From positions 736,001-800,000 of the forward strand of contig CM000436.1 of NCBI GenBank assembly GCA_000165345.1: DNA of 64,000 bases, read 5' to 3'. The position numbers were made by a program, and so were the translations under genes. The notes below the pieces were generated by a model. The model searched no databases. It was given only the letters and a program-made list of their open reading frames with translations, and was not told where the DNA came from. Of this stretch, positions 32,801 through 43,835 are shown piece after piece (position 1 is the stretch's first letter; each line of letters starts with the position of its first letter).

Positions 32801-33936
32801 TCACCGCTTTGTGGCATTGCAATAGTTGTCGCAGAGTGAGGCCCTATACAAAATTCCAATATGACCTCGCCATCAAATGCAGGTCTACATGAAATCTCAT
32901 AAATATCAATCCAAAGTAAGTAACGCGTCATTGGTGGCTCATTTGAAAGTGGTATAGATTGTATTGATTTTATTGAACAGGCTTGAGTCTTTTGCGAGCT
33001 AGCAGAAATTAACAATCTACCGGCATAGGAGCTAGGGATATATGATGTTACTGAGGCATTTGAAGACGAAAAAAGTTCTGCTGCTCCACCATATGGAGGC
33101 TGAGTCCAATATAAATTTACCCAAGATATAGGAAAAGGCTCTTTAAAAATATTGAAAACATCCAGTTTAAATTTTCCTATTAAAGTCGGCTTCGATTCAC
33201 CATTCCAAAGTTCAAACAATAAATTCGAGTCTGAGCATGGAAAATATGCAGGCAAATTAATCGATGATTTCCAAATTGGGTTAGATTCATTCTTGATACA
33301 GACTGTTGAAATTTTTGAAATTCCATGCCTTACAGTAACATAAGGTTCTAAGGTATTATACATCCCTACAATTGGAGCAATATCTTGTCCTTTAAATATG
33401 CATACATTAAGGTTATACTGGGTTAAATTTATTTCTGGTGAAGATGAAATTCTTGTACCTTGATCGCCGTCATTACTTAAAATATTGCTGTTGTCATCAA
33501 CTGCAGGGATTGAGTCTCCTGGCGCAAAAATCCCAACAGTAATAAGTGCGAAACCCATAATTTCAGAAGGCTTATCCCCTAATATCAATGGTACCCAATT
33601 TCTGTAGATCCAATGCTGCGATTTACTATATACATAGTTAAAACTGAGAACATATGAGCCTATAGGAGCACTAGAAAGGACATATGCATGCATAACGTTA
33701 ATTTCAATAATAGAACAATCAAAATCGCATTTGTTGAGAGTCTCTGTAAAATTATATGATGCTTGAACCAATGTTGATGAAACAGCCGTTTGTTTGGGCG
33801 TTGTTCTTATTTGATCGCATACTTTGATTTCAATATATGGGCTTGGAGTTATATTACTTGTTCCATCGTTGAATTTCAAATCCCTAAGTTCATGAATATC
33901 GATGCGTATGCTATATTCAGTAGTTGGCTGCAACAT
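29821..33936 (-). CDS. Ferlin-like multi-C2-domain, tail-anchored membrane protein of 1371 aa.
   Basis: True ATG. Multiple C2-like blocks are present. The last C2 contains the ferlin-typical FNWRFVF motif (GIFNWRFVFDIKIP). The single C-terminal TM is GFIIAMIIGVIALILFLMIML. An acidic linker EEEEDDDDEDSSGND is also present. Confidence 0.6.
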   Translation of the reverse strand: MLQPTTEYSIRIDIHELRDLKFNDGTSNITPSPYIEIKVCDQIRTTPKQTAVSSTLVQASYNFTETLNKCDFDCSIIEINVMHAYVLSSAPIGSYVLSFNYVYSKSQHWIYRNWVPLILGDKPSEIMGFALITVGIFAPGDSIPAVDDNSNILSNDGDQGTRISSSPEINLTQYNLNVCIFKGQDIAPIVGMYNTLEPYVTVRHGISKISTVCIKNESNPIWKSSINLPAYFPCSDSNLLFELWNGESKPTLIGKFKLDVFNIFKEPFPISWVNLYWTQPPYGGAAELFSSSNASVTSYIPSSYAGRLLISASSQKTQACSIKSIQSIPLSNEPPMTRYLLWIDIYEISCRPAFDGEVILEFCIGPHSATTIAMPQSGESIIFDEQTGRIDETYFYLSDGQDPWDLFIYSQTGSGATFWSSPSFTRASFTRVLLSEVSNNSNGNPNWYTLKPIFDMSSGYTFNVLASIVILPANTASERPDRLVYTLQNYYFRSFIYEGMNLRGVGSSLPNPYVKVSIGDQTIQSRTIESSIAPQWYEAYEVQISLPTNLSLGSDILIETFSQSHGYLSSDSRIGFTSYKLAQIPKVWKSSPIWLHLKPSDTKNPKEDTNARILCSFELISVDEVKQYPFYDDIRPTTFPADVRLFVIGVRMFRSLNSPTVSVSYGREVEESNAPLWHDSTPSPNCGDEGNWNYLHDFAITAELPKRDVFQSYFEITVNEKVSGYSGESSISSGFAILYFNSAIPWYDENSRKFNKEFFHLTTLDELINGSIECENDNQINIAGLDQEEEEDDDDEDSSGNDQRVLNTMKSISAPTNIVSKSSPTYDAEASNSFFYPAIDLMKTEKKDESVYIDVSFNSKDDDQANLALKLKEVGTLFGFDARLLNFDLKIFSEEDETEQRFEIPYELEQDLDPAELPYQTLPIVSINEKGLYYIVGYIKYTLCIIQQPDSDTNIIVDTKEQEEVLQTFSDNRMWIANQYNNIKPIVARCYILSARGLLPPSGDLNPSVYIFIRSRESNGDGIMVDGSGKKKKSVYPNNIKDTGFVRHQGYKPEFNQVYEIGCILPHNALVRVSLIGTGTMSEEIIGSTFIDIEDRWFHPKIQSMLESDSTPIEMRTLRVENSFVSHGTLRAWYEIMSEQVAKATPITELASVDPQSYQLRVVIWRVRHIPIEPNTTISLYVSGIYSLDESNSDTQSTETHYNSKDGTGIFNWRFVFDIKIPTQYPILKLQLWSYGLIQSDNIGECSIDLSNDFGRAKKHSSQVTKIPKTWFGFSHPTEQNSPQGQVEIEISIVPGKISDSNPVGKGREPPNVDPVLEDVTENRTYVDWKGIGEAISSATSSIWSSAKKGFIIAMIIGVIALILFLMIMLK

Positions 33937-34086
33937 ATATCTTATTTCATATTATTTCGTATGGATTATTTCAACTTAACCCACAAAATCATTTGATTAT
34001 GGCGCATTAGGATTAAATATGTGAATTTTTACTTCGGAATTAAATTAATCTTTTTTTTTTAATAATACAGACTGCAGAAAACTCAA

Positions 34087-35448
34087 ATGCGTATGGGAAC
34101 AAATAGTATTTTCCCAAAAGTGAAAGATATAGGTGAATGGCAAAAATTATGTTCATACAATTTTCATGATCAAGAAGAATATAAGCTAGAATGGTGGCTA
34201 GGAATTATAGAAAAATTTTGCGACAAAAATAAATCCTTGTTGATTGAAATTAACTCGCTTAAGGCCATTGCTCAAGAAGAGTTTAAATTCTGGCCCATTG
34301 AAGTTCTTTCTTTACCAAATATTTTTAAGGGACTGATAAAAAGAAAAAAATTAGTGAATTTGGATTTTATCAATAAATATATGGTAAAGATATGGGAGAA
34401 TGCTGTTGAAGTAGAAAAAAGTCAATCTAGATCAAAAGTATCAAGAATTGGATTTGCCTGGGTTCGCTCAATAATTGGGACTTTTTTTAACGATACATTT
34501 ATATTAGAAACCGATGAAAGCACCGCAGAATTAGATACATTTGTATGCATTCCTTTATTGGACAAGTTATCAAATAAATTAGTTAATGATATAAATAGAG
34601 GATCATTAGGTAGCATTTCAAAATCAACGGGAATAGATGAACTTCTTATATTAAGTACTAAATTTAATGATTATTTAGTGCAAAATTATGAATTGTGCGA
34701 AACTGCGAAAAACGTGCTAAATGATATGATGATCTGGTATTTTATTACTTATTCACCCGGAGAATGGAGCTTGAAGCCATTTGTCGTTCACAAAGGTAAT
34801 AATAATCATGTCAATGCCATTAAATTTAGTAGGTCGTACTCTTCAGTGGCAAAGAAAGAAATTGAAATAAATGATACAGACATCGCAGATATTATACTTA
34901 AAATTACCGAAGAAGATTTACAAAAGTCATTAACAAATTTAGAAAAGAAATTTTTATTTCATGACTCGAAGTGCAAAGAATATGCTTTATGCGACCAAAA
35001 ACAACTAGCAATAAACCATTTGAAGCAAAGACATCAAATTGAAAAAGCACTAAATGATGTTAACGAACAACTACTTTTATTAAGTCAATCAAGAGTCACT
35101 CTAGATACCTCTAATGCGAGGATTTCTCTTGTAAACGCACTTGAAACCTCCACTAGTATAACCAAGGATATTTTCAATGAAAGTGAAATTTTGAAAAAAT
35201 TGGAAAATATTAATATAATGAGAGAAGAAGTTGAGGTTACACAAGAATCCATAAATTCAATGATAAAGTCATGCGTCAAAGACGCTTCAAAAAATATGGA
35301 GGCTACATCTTATGATTTAGAGAGGGAGCTGGAAGAAATCCTACATAAAGCCGACATTTCTATTCCTGCAATTGAACAAAATTGTCAATTTCAAGAGTCG
35401 CCAAGCGAATTCGAGGCGGAAAAACATCAAGTGACCAACACTGTCTGA
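34087..35448 (+). CDS. Hypothetical protein of 453 aa with a predicted coiled-coil C-terminal half.
   Basis: ATG at 34087. The ORF is uninterrupted and I recognise no domain. Confidence 0.45.
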   Translation: MRMGTNSIFPKVKDIGEWQKLCSYNFHDQEEYKLEWWLGIIEKFCDKNKSLLIEINSLKAIAQEEFKFWPIEVLSLPNIFKGLIKRKKLVNLDFINKYMVKIWENAVEVEKSQSRSKVSRIGFAWVRSIIGTFFNDTFILETDESTAELDTFVCIPLLDKLSNKLVNDINRGSLGSISKSTGIDELLILSTKFNDYLVQNYELCETAKNVLNDMMIWYFITYSPGEWSLKPFVVHKGNNNHVNAIKFSRSYSSVAKKEIEINDTDIADIILKITEEDLQKSLTNLEKKFLFHDSKCKEYALCDQKQLAINHLKQRHQIEKALNDVNEQLLLLSQSRVTLDTSNARISLVNALETSTSITKDIFNESEILKKLENINIMREEVEVTQESINSMIKSCVKDASKNMEATSYDLERELEEILHKADISIPAIEQNCQFQESPSEFEAEKHQVTNTV

Positions 35449-35588
35449 TATATCGTAGTTATTTGTTAATTATTCCATTGATTCAACGACAATACATCTA
35501 AGTCAAAGAACATAAAGAATTCGACACGTATTTTCACCAAAACTATACTTAGTAGTAAAACGCTAACAATCTAGAATATTCAAACAAC

Positions 35589-38087
35589 TTAAAGCTTATC
35601 TAAGTAATTATCAAGAGCAGGGATTTCTTCCTTGATATTCTTTCTTCTTCTAATTGCCTTTACAAGCTCTTCTGTCTTGCTCCCTTTCTCAAGTGGGTCG
35701 CCGTTAATCAACTCCCAGTGATCAAATACACATTGAGGGAACGCTTTACCAGATGTTGCAGCACGGAGAACAGTGGTGAACTTGAAAGAGTCAGCAACTG
35801 GCAAGTATGCCTTGATCTCGACTTGAGGCGTACCAGACTTGGGTTCCTCGTGGAATACATGACCTCTCCTTTGATTGAGAGTAGCATAGATTCCACCAAC
35901 AACTTCCTGTGGAGCAGAAATCTCAACCAAGAACATAGGCTCCAACAGTCTGGGTGAAGCAGTTAATGCAGCAGCATACATTACACGTCGGCATGTTGGA
36001 GTAATTTGACCCGCTCCACGATGGATTGCGTCAGCATGTAATGTTACATCGAGCAAATTAAAGCGAATTCCCCTCATATCTTCTTCACATAAAATCCCCT
36101 CCTTAGTTGCCCATTGGAATGCAGAATTACAGTGGTCTTTGATTTCAGTCAAATACTGGATACCAGTAGTTACGTCAACCATAATATTTGGACCAGTTGT
36201 TTCAGGGCCGAAACACCAGATTTTCATAGCAGCGTTCTTGTCAAATCCATACTTGTCATGTAAGAGATTTGATCTCTCTTTAGGGTCATCCCTTGGTGAT
36301 ACTTTTCCTTCTTCAATATCATCAGTCAATCCGTCAGGTAAAGGCTCTGCAGTCATGTACAATCTGTTATGTTTATTTGGAGATTTAGACAAGCACGTTT
36401 GGTTTGATAAATTGACTACAGTTTCCCTGTAAGAAACAATTGGGTCAGATGCAACAATCTCAATTTGTGCATATTCCTGTTGGAGATCTTGTAAGCAAAT
36501 TTCAACATGTAACTCACCACATCCTGCGATAATATGTTCGCCTGTCTCCTCTTTACTGCATACAACTAATGGATCAGACTTAGACAACTTCTTAAGACCT
36601 TCAACAAGTTTTGGTAATTCTTTGTTATCTTTTGGTCGTACTGCAACACGAACAACAGGTGATACGGAGTACTTCATAGATGCAATATTATGCGCAGTTT
36701 CAGAAGTTGTGATTGTACCAGATTTGAGCAAATATTGATCAATTCCGACCAAACCAACTGTATTCCCTGCAGGTACATCCGGAATTTGCTCGACATAACG
36801 CCCCATCATAAGAACTGTGCGTTGGATATTTTTAATATTCAAGTCCTCCTTTCCACCGGGAACATATCTTGGACCCTGAATGCGAACCTTTTGTCCAGTT
36901 GCAACTGTGCCAGAAAAGACACGGCCAAATGCATAAAATCGGCCCTTGTCACTAGTGGGAACCATTTTTGAAACAAACATACATAGAGGAGCGTCTGGAT
37001 CGCAATTTCTAATACCCTTTGCAGTTTCATCATCTTGAGGACCCTCGTACAAGTTCTCAACACGGTACTTTTGGGCTGCAGCGGGAGATGGTAAGTGTGT
37101 TACAATCATTTCCAATAAAGTATCACCAGCGCTTAACCACAACTGCATAACTTTCTTTAATAGAGGCTTGTCAACTAAAGCCTTGTCGTCACCCTTGAGC
37201 TCTACACCCAAATTAACCAACATCTTCTCATATTTAGCTTTGTCACCATTCATAATTGAAGAAAATAGTTGACATATCGGCTCCATAATAAATTGGCAGA
37301 ATGCTCTTTTACTTCCTGGTTCTTGAGTTTTTGTAAACTTCTTTGTTTCTGGGTTAAAGAAGTTATCTCCCCACAACCTTTGCATCATTTTTGATTTTTC
37401 AACACCGAATTTTTTTGCATAAATACGAGCAAACTTTTCGATAGTAAATGCCCATCCATGAAGCCCTGAACCAAATGAAACTGTACCCTTTTCTGGGAAT
37501 ACTTGAACATCGCCCATCAATTCATCAGAATAGGTAGAAATAATAACATTAACGTTCTCAATAACACGAGTAAAGTTCTGATAAATATCTTCTGCCTCCC
37601 ATTGTAACTCTAATAAAGCTCTATCTACCTTGTTTACATGAAGCACAGGTCTAATTCTCTCATTTAATGCTTGTCTAAGAACAGTTTCTGTCTGGATACA
37701 TACGCCATCTACAGCATCAACGACTACAAGCGCACCGTCTGTTACACGAAGAGCTGCAGTAACTTCTGAAGAAAAGTCTACGTGTCCCGGTGAATCAATT
37801 AAGTTGATTAAGAAAGGTTGCCTACCTTTACCATCTTCTAAATCATGTTCGAAGAAAAGTGAAATTCCGGTAGATTTGATAGTAATGCAACGCTCTTGTT
37901 CATCGGCACGGGTATCGGTGAAACGTGCATCTCCTGCTGCCTTTGAAGCAATAATACCTGCTTTGCATACAAGAGAGTCGGTCAATGTTGATTTGCCATG
38001 ATCGACGTGAGCAATAACAGACATATTACGGATGTTATGGGGCTTTCCCATAATCTCACGAATTTGCTCAACTGTAAAATTAACCAT
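35589..38087 (-). CDS. EEF2: Translation elongation factor 2 (eEF2).
   Basis: The 832-aa ORF starts [40 protein letters not shown], with the G-domain motifs [14 protein letters not shown] and NKVD. The diphthamide-site His is in [12 protein letters not shown]. It matches Cryptosporidium EF2 as I recall it from memory. Confidence 0.95.
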   Translation of the reverse strand: MVNFTVEQIREIMGKPHNIRNMSVIAHVDHGKSTLTDSLVCKAGIIASKAAGDARFTDTRADEQERCITIKSTGISLFFEHDLEDGKGRQPFLINLIDSPGHVDFSSEVTAALRVTDGALVVVDAVDGVCIQTETVLRQALNERIRPVLHVNKVDRALLELQWEAEDIYQNFTRVIENVNVIISTYSDELMGDVQVFPEKGTVSFGSGLHGWAFTIEKFARIYAKKFGVEKSKMMQRLWGDNFFNPETKKFTKTQEPGSKRAFCQFIMEPICQLFSSIMNGDKAKYEKMLVNLGVELKGDDKALVDKPLLKKVMQLWLSAGDTLLEMIVTHLPSPAAAQKYRVENLYEGPQDDETAKGIRNCDPDAPLCMFVSKMVPTSDKGRFYAFGRVFSGTVATGQKVRIQGPRYVPGGKEDLNIKNIQRTVLMMGRYVEQIPDVPAGNTVGLVGIDQYLLKSGTITTSETAHNIASMKYSVSPVVRVAVRPKDNKELPKLVEGLKKLSKSDPLVVCSKEETGEHIIAGCGELHVEICLQDLQQEYAQIEIVASDPIVSYRETVVNLSNQTCLSKSPNKHNRLYMTAEPLPDGLTDDIEEGKVSPRDDPKERSNLLHDKYGFDKNAAMKIWCFGPETTGPNIMVDVTTGIQYLTEIKDHCNSAFQWATKEGILCEEDMRGIRFNLLDVTLHADAIHRGAGQITPTCRRVMYAAALTASPRLLEPMFLVEISAPQEVVGGIYATLNQRRGHVFHEEPKSGTPQVEIKAYLPVADSFKFTTVLRAATSGKAFPQCVFDHWELINGDPLEKGSKTEELVKAIRRRKNIKEEIPALDNYLDKL

Positions 38088-38387
38088 TTTAACTTCCCTT
38101 TATTACTTGTGAAACAATTATTCAACGGCGACGAAGTTCTCAACAATACGAAGAGAAATTTAACTCTGAACTCAAGATCGCAATCTTTAATTTGGCACAG
38201 AGACAATCAACTAGACATTATAAAATGCGCCAACCATTTGAATCCAATATGTCTTTATCAATTAATTAGAAAATATTATAAATTCATTTATTTATCCATA
38301 TTTATATACCTATATATATAATTCATCAATATTTTTATATAATTATTTAAAATATAATTGTAAAAGTCTAGATTGTACTTTCAAGAC

Positions 38388-38403
38388 AAAAAAAAAAAAA
38401 AAA
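38388..38403. repeat. Poly(dA) tract of 16 nt in the EF2/RFC divergent promoter region.
   Basis: Read directly: gacaaaaaaaaaaaaaaaagcgct. Confidence 0.85.
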
Positions 38404-38697
38404 GCGCTAATAAGCACTATATTCCAATTGCATAGAATTTTCACATTATAAAATTGTCTCTATTAGCTAACATTAACGTTTTACTATATGATCCGTGCAG
38501 TTGATGCACTGAAGGAATTAACTTAATGACTTGTTTAGATTTTTGGCCTGATTTCTCATATTAACTTTCGTTTTGATCGACTCCGCTATTTCTGTGTTTC
38601 CTCAATTAGCGCACACTGAACCCCCTAACTACCCATTTTATTGTTCTGTAAAACCACAACTTAAGGAAAACCCTCCTGAGATAGTTAATCAAGCACA

Positions 38698-39696
38698 ATG
38701 AGTAGCAATTTATGGGTTGAGAAGTATCGCCCCGGAAATGTACTTGATATTTCCCATCATAAGGATGTTGTGAGTATGCTGAGCCATGTACTGAAAAATG
38801 GGAATATGCCACACTTGTTATTTCATGGTCCTCCTGGAACTGGTAAGACATCTGCTGTGCTTGCCCTCTCAAGGGAACTATTTGGACCGAATGAATATAA
38901 GAACAGAATTCTCGAGCTTAATGCTTCAGACGAAAGAGGAATTAGTGTTGTGAGAGATAAAATAAAGTCATGGACGAGGCAAGTAGTCCAGTGCAACAAA
39001 ACACATGAAATTACGGGTAATCTACTTCCTTCATGGAAAATTGTTATTTTGGATGAAGCCGAAATGATGACAGCTGATGCCCAATCAGCATTAAGGAGAA
39101 TAATTGAAGTTTCCTCGAAAAACACCAGATTTGTTATTATTTGTAACTACATTAGTAAAATAATCGAGCCTTTGGCTAGCAGATGCGCGAAGTTTAGATT
39201 TCAACCAATTTCGGCAAATTCTCAGATAGAAAGACTGAAGTATATATGCTCTCAGGAAGATGTTTCATACGAAGACGGTGTATTAGAAACTATTGTTAAT
39301 TTATCTCAGGGAGACCTGAGAAGAGGAATAAATATTCTTCAATCGGCCTCTGAGCTATTTGGTAAGGATAAAAGAATTAGCATGAGCTCTATCTTAGATG
39401 TTTCGGGCGTTCCACCTATAAAAATTATTGAAAGAATTATAAATTCATGCAAAATTTTAGGTGTAGAGAGTATATTGATAGAAACCGCGAAACTTATTAA
39501 CGAAGGATGGAGCGTAGAACTGATTTTCAAAGGTCTGGCAGAATTTATCATTATGTGTGATAAGATCGATGATTCAAAAAAAGCATTTTTAATGTTGAGA
39601 ATTTCTGAGGCAGACGCAAGTGTGATAGATGGATCAAACGAATACTTAACTTTGCTAAATGTTTGTTCAAGTGTTCAGACTATTTTTGCGAATTAA
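38698..39696 (+). CDS. RFC4: Replication factor C small subunit (RFC4-like AAA+ clamp-loader subunit).
   Basis: LWVEKYRPGNVLDISHHKDVV...PHLLFHGPPGTGKTSAVLALSRELFG...ILELNASDERGISVVRDKIKSW. Walker A, an SRC-type arginine region and a DEAD-like ILDEAEMMT are present. Assignment to the RFC4 subunit is tentative. Confidence 0.8.
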   Translation: MSSNLWVEKYRPGNVLDISHHKDVVSMLSHVLKNGNMPHLLFHGPPGTGKTSAVLALSRELFGPNEYKNRILELNASDERGISVVRDKIKSWTRQVVQCNKTHEITGNLLPSWKIVILDEAEMMTADAQSALRRIIEVSSKNTRFVIICNYISKIIEPLASRCAKFRFQPISANSQIERLKYICSQEDVSYEDGVLETIVNLSQGDLRRGINILQSASELFGKDKRISMSSILDVSGVPPIKIIERIINSCKILGVESILIETAKLINEGWSVELIFKGLAEFIIMCDKIDDSKKAFLMLRISEADASVIDGSNEYLTLLNVCSSVQTIFAN

Positions 39697-39760
39697 ATGA
39701 AAGCTGCATTTAGTAGAAATGCTGGTAAAGAACTAATATTTTGTTTTCATTTATATCACT

Positions 39761-41440
39761 TTAACTATTCATTCTGGAACAATTAATTAAATACACTGAG
39801 TTTTCCTTATTAACTTCGGATCCCACATAATATTCAAGTTTATCTAGATTTCTCTCAGAATAATTTATTTCCTCTGATGCTATTGGGTTATTTGGTTGGT
39901 TTGAATTTTCATAAATCCTCGAGTCGTAATATAATTTCGGAGATGAAGATAAGTTATTAATATAGCCGAAATCTTTTATTTGATTAATATTCAAATTTCC
40001 ATTGCTCTTTAAACCCTTCCCTTTCTCAGGAGTTGTGATGATATTTAATTCCTGCCTTTCAAGTTCAATTACGGCTTCGACAGGTACTTCTGCTGCGCTG
40101 AGGTACTTTTTCGAATTTTCCTTTGGAGCCCAAAGTAACAGTAGGTTTAATTTTAGCACGGAAACAAAAAAAAACGGAATTGCATCTTGAAAAATCCATT
40201 GATATTTCCATCTCTCTACGATATCCCATGAATAAAAACGAATTTCCAACAATAAATATGTAAAAGCAATTATAATCGAGGAAAATAGTATATAAGTAAA
40301 CCGTTTGTATAATGATAGTTTTTCTGTTTGCTTATTATTTTCCAATTTGTTCAATAAATTGACTAGTTCGTGAAATATCCAAAAAAAAATTATTCCGTTT
40401 AATATTCCGACAGGTAATATTGAATATAATAGCAAGCCTGAAGTAATGTTTGCATTTCTAGATCTCAAGTAAACGATATACTCTTTAATTAATGCATTTA
40501 GAAAATACAAAATTCCTGTTAAAAAAATTGCAGTTGACTTTCTTCTAGAATCTATTGAAATTTTAGATATTCCTACCCCATGAGATGCAATTAATGTCAA
40601 AATGACTATAATGGTTAGCTTCAAAATATTAATAGCAGTGGAGATAGCAAATAGAAATGTTGAGCTTGATCCTGTTAAATTCCATTGCCTGAAATACTGT
40701 AGCCATAAAAATGATGAAAAAAAACTTAATAGTAATTCAACCAAGATATAATATTGAATATTGATGAGCTGCTTGCTATTCCTTATACATTTATAAATCC
40801 AATATATTGCCAGAAATGCGTGTAATATTACTCCAAAAAAATATAAGTTTATTTTCATATATTCAATTGCAGGCAAAAACCCATACACATTTTTAATAAC
40901 TAAATCCCCGTGAATATATCCATTACTTGAATTTCCACAATTAGATATCATTATTGAGTATGCTCCTCCTCTTTTTATGTTTGAGAAATAGTTAGAATTA
41001 CTTAGCTGAGTATCAAAATAAATTAACCCATCGATATTCGGTTTAATAAATGTATTCTCATTCTGGCAATTTCCAGATAATAAGTTTTCTTTATTACAGC
41101 ATACACCCAACTGATCATTCCTGATAAGATTCTCCAATTCTTTGCTTGGAACAACAATAATTTCTATACTTTCATCATCCAGTATAATTCCATCGCTTGA
41201 CTTTAACTTTAAGTTATCAAAATAAATCGTTGAATATTTTGCAGATTTTGAAACTAATAAATTATAATATGCATCACCGTTTTCAAAGATAAAAAATTGA
41301 TGTGGATGTATTAGAATTGATTTAGGGGGAGGTATTCTTAATCCATCAAAAGAAAAAGAATACACAAAACCCCCGTATATAAAGAAGTAGACCAAAAAAA
41401 AAATTATTCTTATTAAAAACGGAGAATAATCAGTACTCAT
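39761..41440 (-). CDS. Multi-pass membrane protein with an N-terminal luminal domain and a 7-TM core, possibly of the GPR107/Lung-7TM-receptor family.
   Basis: True ATG. The N-terminal hydrophobic leader is followed by a region of about 200 aa with Cys and N-glyco sites, then about 7 hydrophobic helices. The family call is weak. Confidence 0.4.
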   Translation of the reverse strand: MSTDYSPFLIRIIFFLVYFFIYGGFVYSFSFDGLRIPPPKSILIHPHQFFIFENGDAYYNLLVSKSAKYSTIYFDNLKLKSSDGIILDDESIEIIVVPSKELENLIRNDQLGVCCNKENLLSGNCQNENTFIKPNIDGLIYFDTQLSNSNYFSNIKRGGAYSIMISNCGNSSNGYIHGDLVIKNVYGFLPAIEYMKINLYFFGVILHAFLAIYWIYKCIRNSKQLINIQYYILVELLLSFFSSFLWLQYFRQWNLTGSSSTFLFAISTAINILKLTIIVILTLIASHGVGISKISIDSRRKSTAIFLTGILYFLNALIKEYIVYLRSRNANITSGLLLYSILPVGILNGIIFFWIFHELVNLLNKLENNKQTEKLSLYKRFTYILFSSIIIAFTYLLLEIRFYSWDIVERWKYQWIFQDAIPFFFVSVLKLNLLLLWAPKENSKKYLSAAEVPVEAVIELERQELNIITTPEKGKGLKSNGNLNINQIKDFGYINNLSSSPKLYYDSRIYENSNQPNNPIASEEINYSERNLDKLEYYVGSEVNKENSVYLINCSRMNS

Positions 41441-41843
41441 ATTTAGCTCAAATCAAATTAATGATTATAATTAATTATATGCATTCTAGATCCAATTTTG
41501 CGGTTTTGTGAGATCCAATTTATAGTCAGATACCAGGCTCCAAAATTAATAGATTGAATTTTTCAAAATCACGAGAAAAGAAAAATAATGATAAATTAAA
41601 TTATAATATATCTATAGGATAGCTTGGAGTATTCAAATATATTATTATCTCTGGACTTCTATAAATTATAAGAATTATACACATTTTGTTTTCTAATTTA
41701 TTTTATTACATTTAACAAAGGAAAAAAATTTAAGCGCTACACAATTTTTTTTTTTTGATTTATAAATAAAAATGGTAGGGAATATTGAATAAATTAATTT
41801 GAGTTGTGAAATTTTACCAAGATTGACTTAAATTTAGGTTGAG

Positions 41844-43703
41844 ATGACAAATAGCCCAGATGAGCTTGCTGACGGTGAGACTTGCATTTCTAGTGATTAT
41901 ATTCCTCCATTTAAGAAAAAGAACTTTGAAGTATCTCATAATCTTTTAAATAATCGTGAGCATCAAAAAAAACTATGGGATAGACTAGAGAAAAATATAA
42001 GGGGGGAGATCAATAAGCTGAATTTTTCAAATATTGAGCAAGTTTTAATTAATATTTTGAAGAATAATATTATTCGTGGTAGAGGAATATTAGCTAATTG
42101 TATAATTAGAGCTCAGTTATCTAGTCATTCATATACTGCTGTTATTTGTTATCTTTCTGCAATAATTAATTGTAATATTCCTGACTTTGGCTCATTGCTC
42201 TTAAGAAGGCTCATAAATCAATTCAGAATATCATACTCTAAAGGAGATAAATATGTTTGTAAACATACTTTATTGTTTTTAGCTCAATTAATCAACCAAA
42301 AAGTCGTTCACGAGCTAATTGCCTTGCAAATATGCCTTTTTTTAATTGAGAAATTAACTGATGATTCAATTGAGATATGTATTGATTTCATTTTTGAATG
42401 TGGCCAGTTCCTGTTAGAAAATACGCCTCAAGGGCTAAATACAATCATGAATAAGTTCAGAAGAATACTACAAGAGGGTAAATTAAATAAAAAAACAAAT
42501 TTTTTAATAGAACGCATTCTAAAGGAAAGGCGAGACAATTTCATGAACTATCCAATAAATAACCCAGAAAATGAGCTAATTGACTTAAATGATCAAATTA
42601 CTCATTTTTTCGATATTTTAGATGGAGAAATTGACATACAAGATGAATTAGATCACTTTATTGAAACTGAACCTAATATTTTTGAAGAAGAAAACACAAA
42701 ATGGGATGAAATTTCAAAAGAATTGCTTTCTGGACTATATGGTGTAACCATGGAAGATACTGAAGAACAATTAATTAAAAATAATCCTATGATAGATCTT
42801 TCTGAGAAAGATTTTGTAATTTTAAGGAAAAAAATTTATCTTTGTATAATGAACAGCTTAAATTATGAGGAGTGCACGCATAGACTGTTAAAGTTAAATA
42901 TTCCAAAAGATCAAATAAGTGAGACTTGTGCAATGATACTAGATTGTTGTTCAATGGAGCGAACATATCAAAAATTTTTTTCTTTGGTTGCTGAAAGACT
43001 TTGCATTATTAAGAAGGAATATCAAGAATCTTTTGCGAAACTATTTTCTGAAAGCTTTGAAACTGTCCATCGCTTAGAAACGAATAGGTTGAGACATGTA
43101 ACTAAGTTTTATTCATATTTACTTAGTAAAGATGCAATACCTTGGAATTTACTATTTATTGTTAAGCTATCCGAGAAAGACACTGCATCCTCTTCGCGTA
43201 TTTTTATTAAAATCCTCTTTCAAGAGCTTTCCTATAATATGGGAATTAAAAATTTAGATATAAAGCTTAATTCCTCTGAAGTTTTACCCTTTACAGAAGG
43301 CATTTTCCCAAAAGAAAATATTTCCAAAATAAGATTTTCAATAAACTTTTTCACTGCTATTGGACTTGGTGCGCTAACACACAAACTTAGAAATACGCTG
43401 AGTAATATTGAACAGCAGCAAACAAGTAGGTTGAATGAACTATGTTTAAGCTCTGGGATTGACACTATACAAGTTGATATCTCAAATTCAGAAAAAATAT
43501 CTGAAGAAGCAGAAATTATAAACACAAAATGCTCGGATACTTGCAAAAATAAAATGGAACAAACAAAAATGAATTCAAATTATGATAAGCAATCAAAAGA
43601 ATATTCCAGTTCTTGTTTAGAAGATTTAAGTAATAACTTAATATTTAACAACGGTATAAATAATCAAAAAAGAAGAAATCGCAGTTTTTCAAGAGAACTT
43701 TAA
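41844..43703 (+). CDS. CWC22: Pre-mRNA splicing factor CWC22 (MIF4G + MA3 domains).
   Basis: The MIF4G block ...IIRGRGILANCIIRAQLSSHSYTAVICYLSAIINCNIPDFGSLLLRRLINQFRISYSKGDKYVCKHTLLFLAQLINQKVVHELIALQICLFLIEK parallels human CWC22 (LLRGRGLLSRSVLQAQ...FPQIGELILKRLILNFRKGYRRNDK...AHLINQNVAHEVL). An MA3-like region lies downstream. Confidence 0.75.
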   Translation: MTNSPDELADGETCISSDYIPPFKKKNFEVSHNLLNNREHQKKLWDRLEKNIRGEINKLNFSNIEQVLINILKNNIIRGRGILANCIIRAQLSSHSYTAVICYLSAIINCNIPDFGSLLLRRLINQFRISYSKGDKYVCKHTLLFLAQLINQKVVHELIALQICLFLIEKLTDDSIEICIDFIFECGQFLLENTPQGLNTIMNKFRRILQEGKLNKKTNFLIERILKERRDNFMNYPINNPENELIDLNDQITHFFDILDGEIDIQDELDHFIETEPNIFEEENTKWDEISKELLSGLYGVTMEDTEEQLIKNNPMIDLSEKDFVILRKKIYLCIMNSLNYEECTHRLLKLNIPKDQISETCAMILDCCSMERTYQKFFSLVAERLCIIKKEYQESFAKLFSESFETVHRLETNRLRHVTKFYSYLLSKDAIPWNLLFIVKLSEKDTASSSRIFIKILFQELSYNMGIKNLDIKLNSSEVLPFTEGIFPKENISKIRFSINFFTAIGLGALTHKLRNTLSNIEQQQTSRLNELCLSSGIDTIQVDISNSEKISEEAEIINTKCSDTCKNKMEQTKMNSNYDKQSKEYSSSCLEDLSNNLIFNNGINNQKRRNRSFSREL

Positions 43704-43835
43704 TCCCCTAACTAAGTAAAAAAAAAATTTGGCTAAAATTATGCCACACTTAATAATATCAAGTAAATTCCATGTGTAGAATAATTAAAGTTTTTTTTAA
43801 TCGCAAAATATAAATTAATTAAATCCTTATTAATT

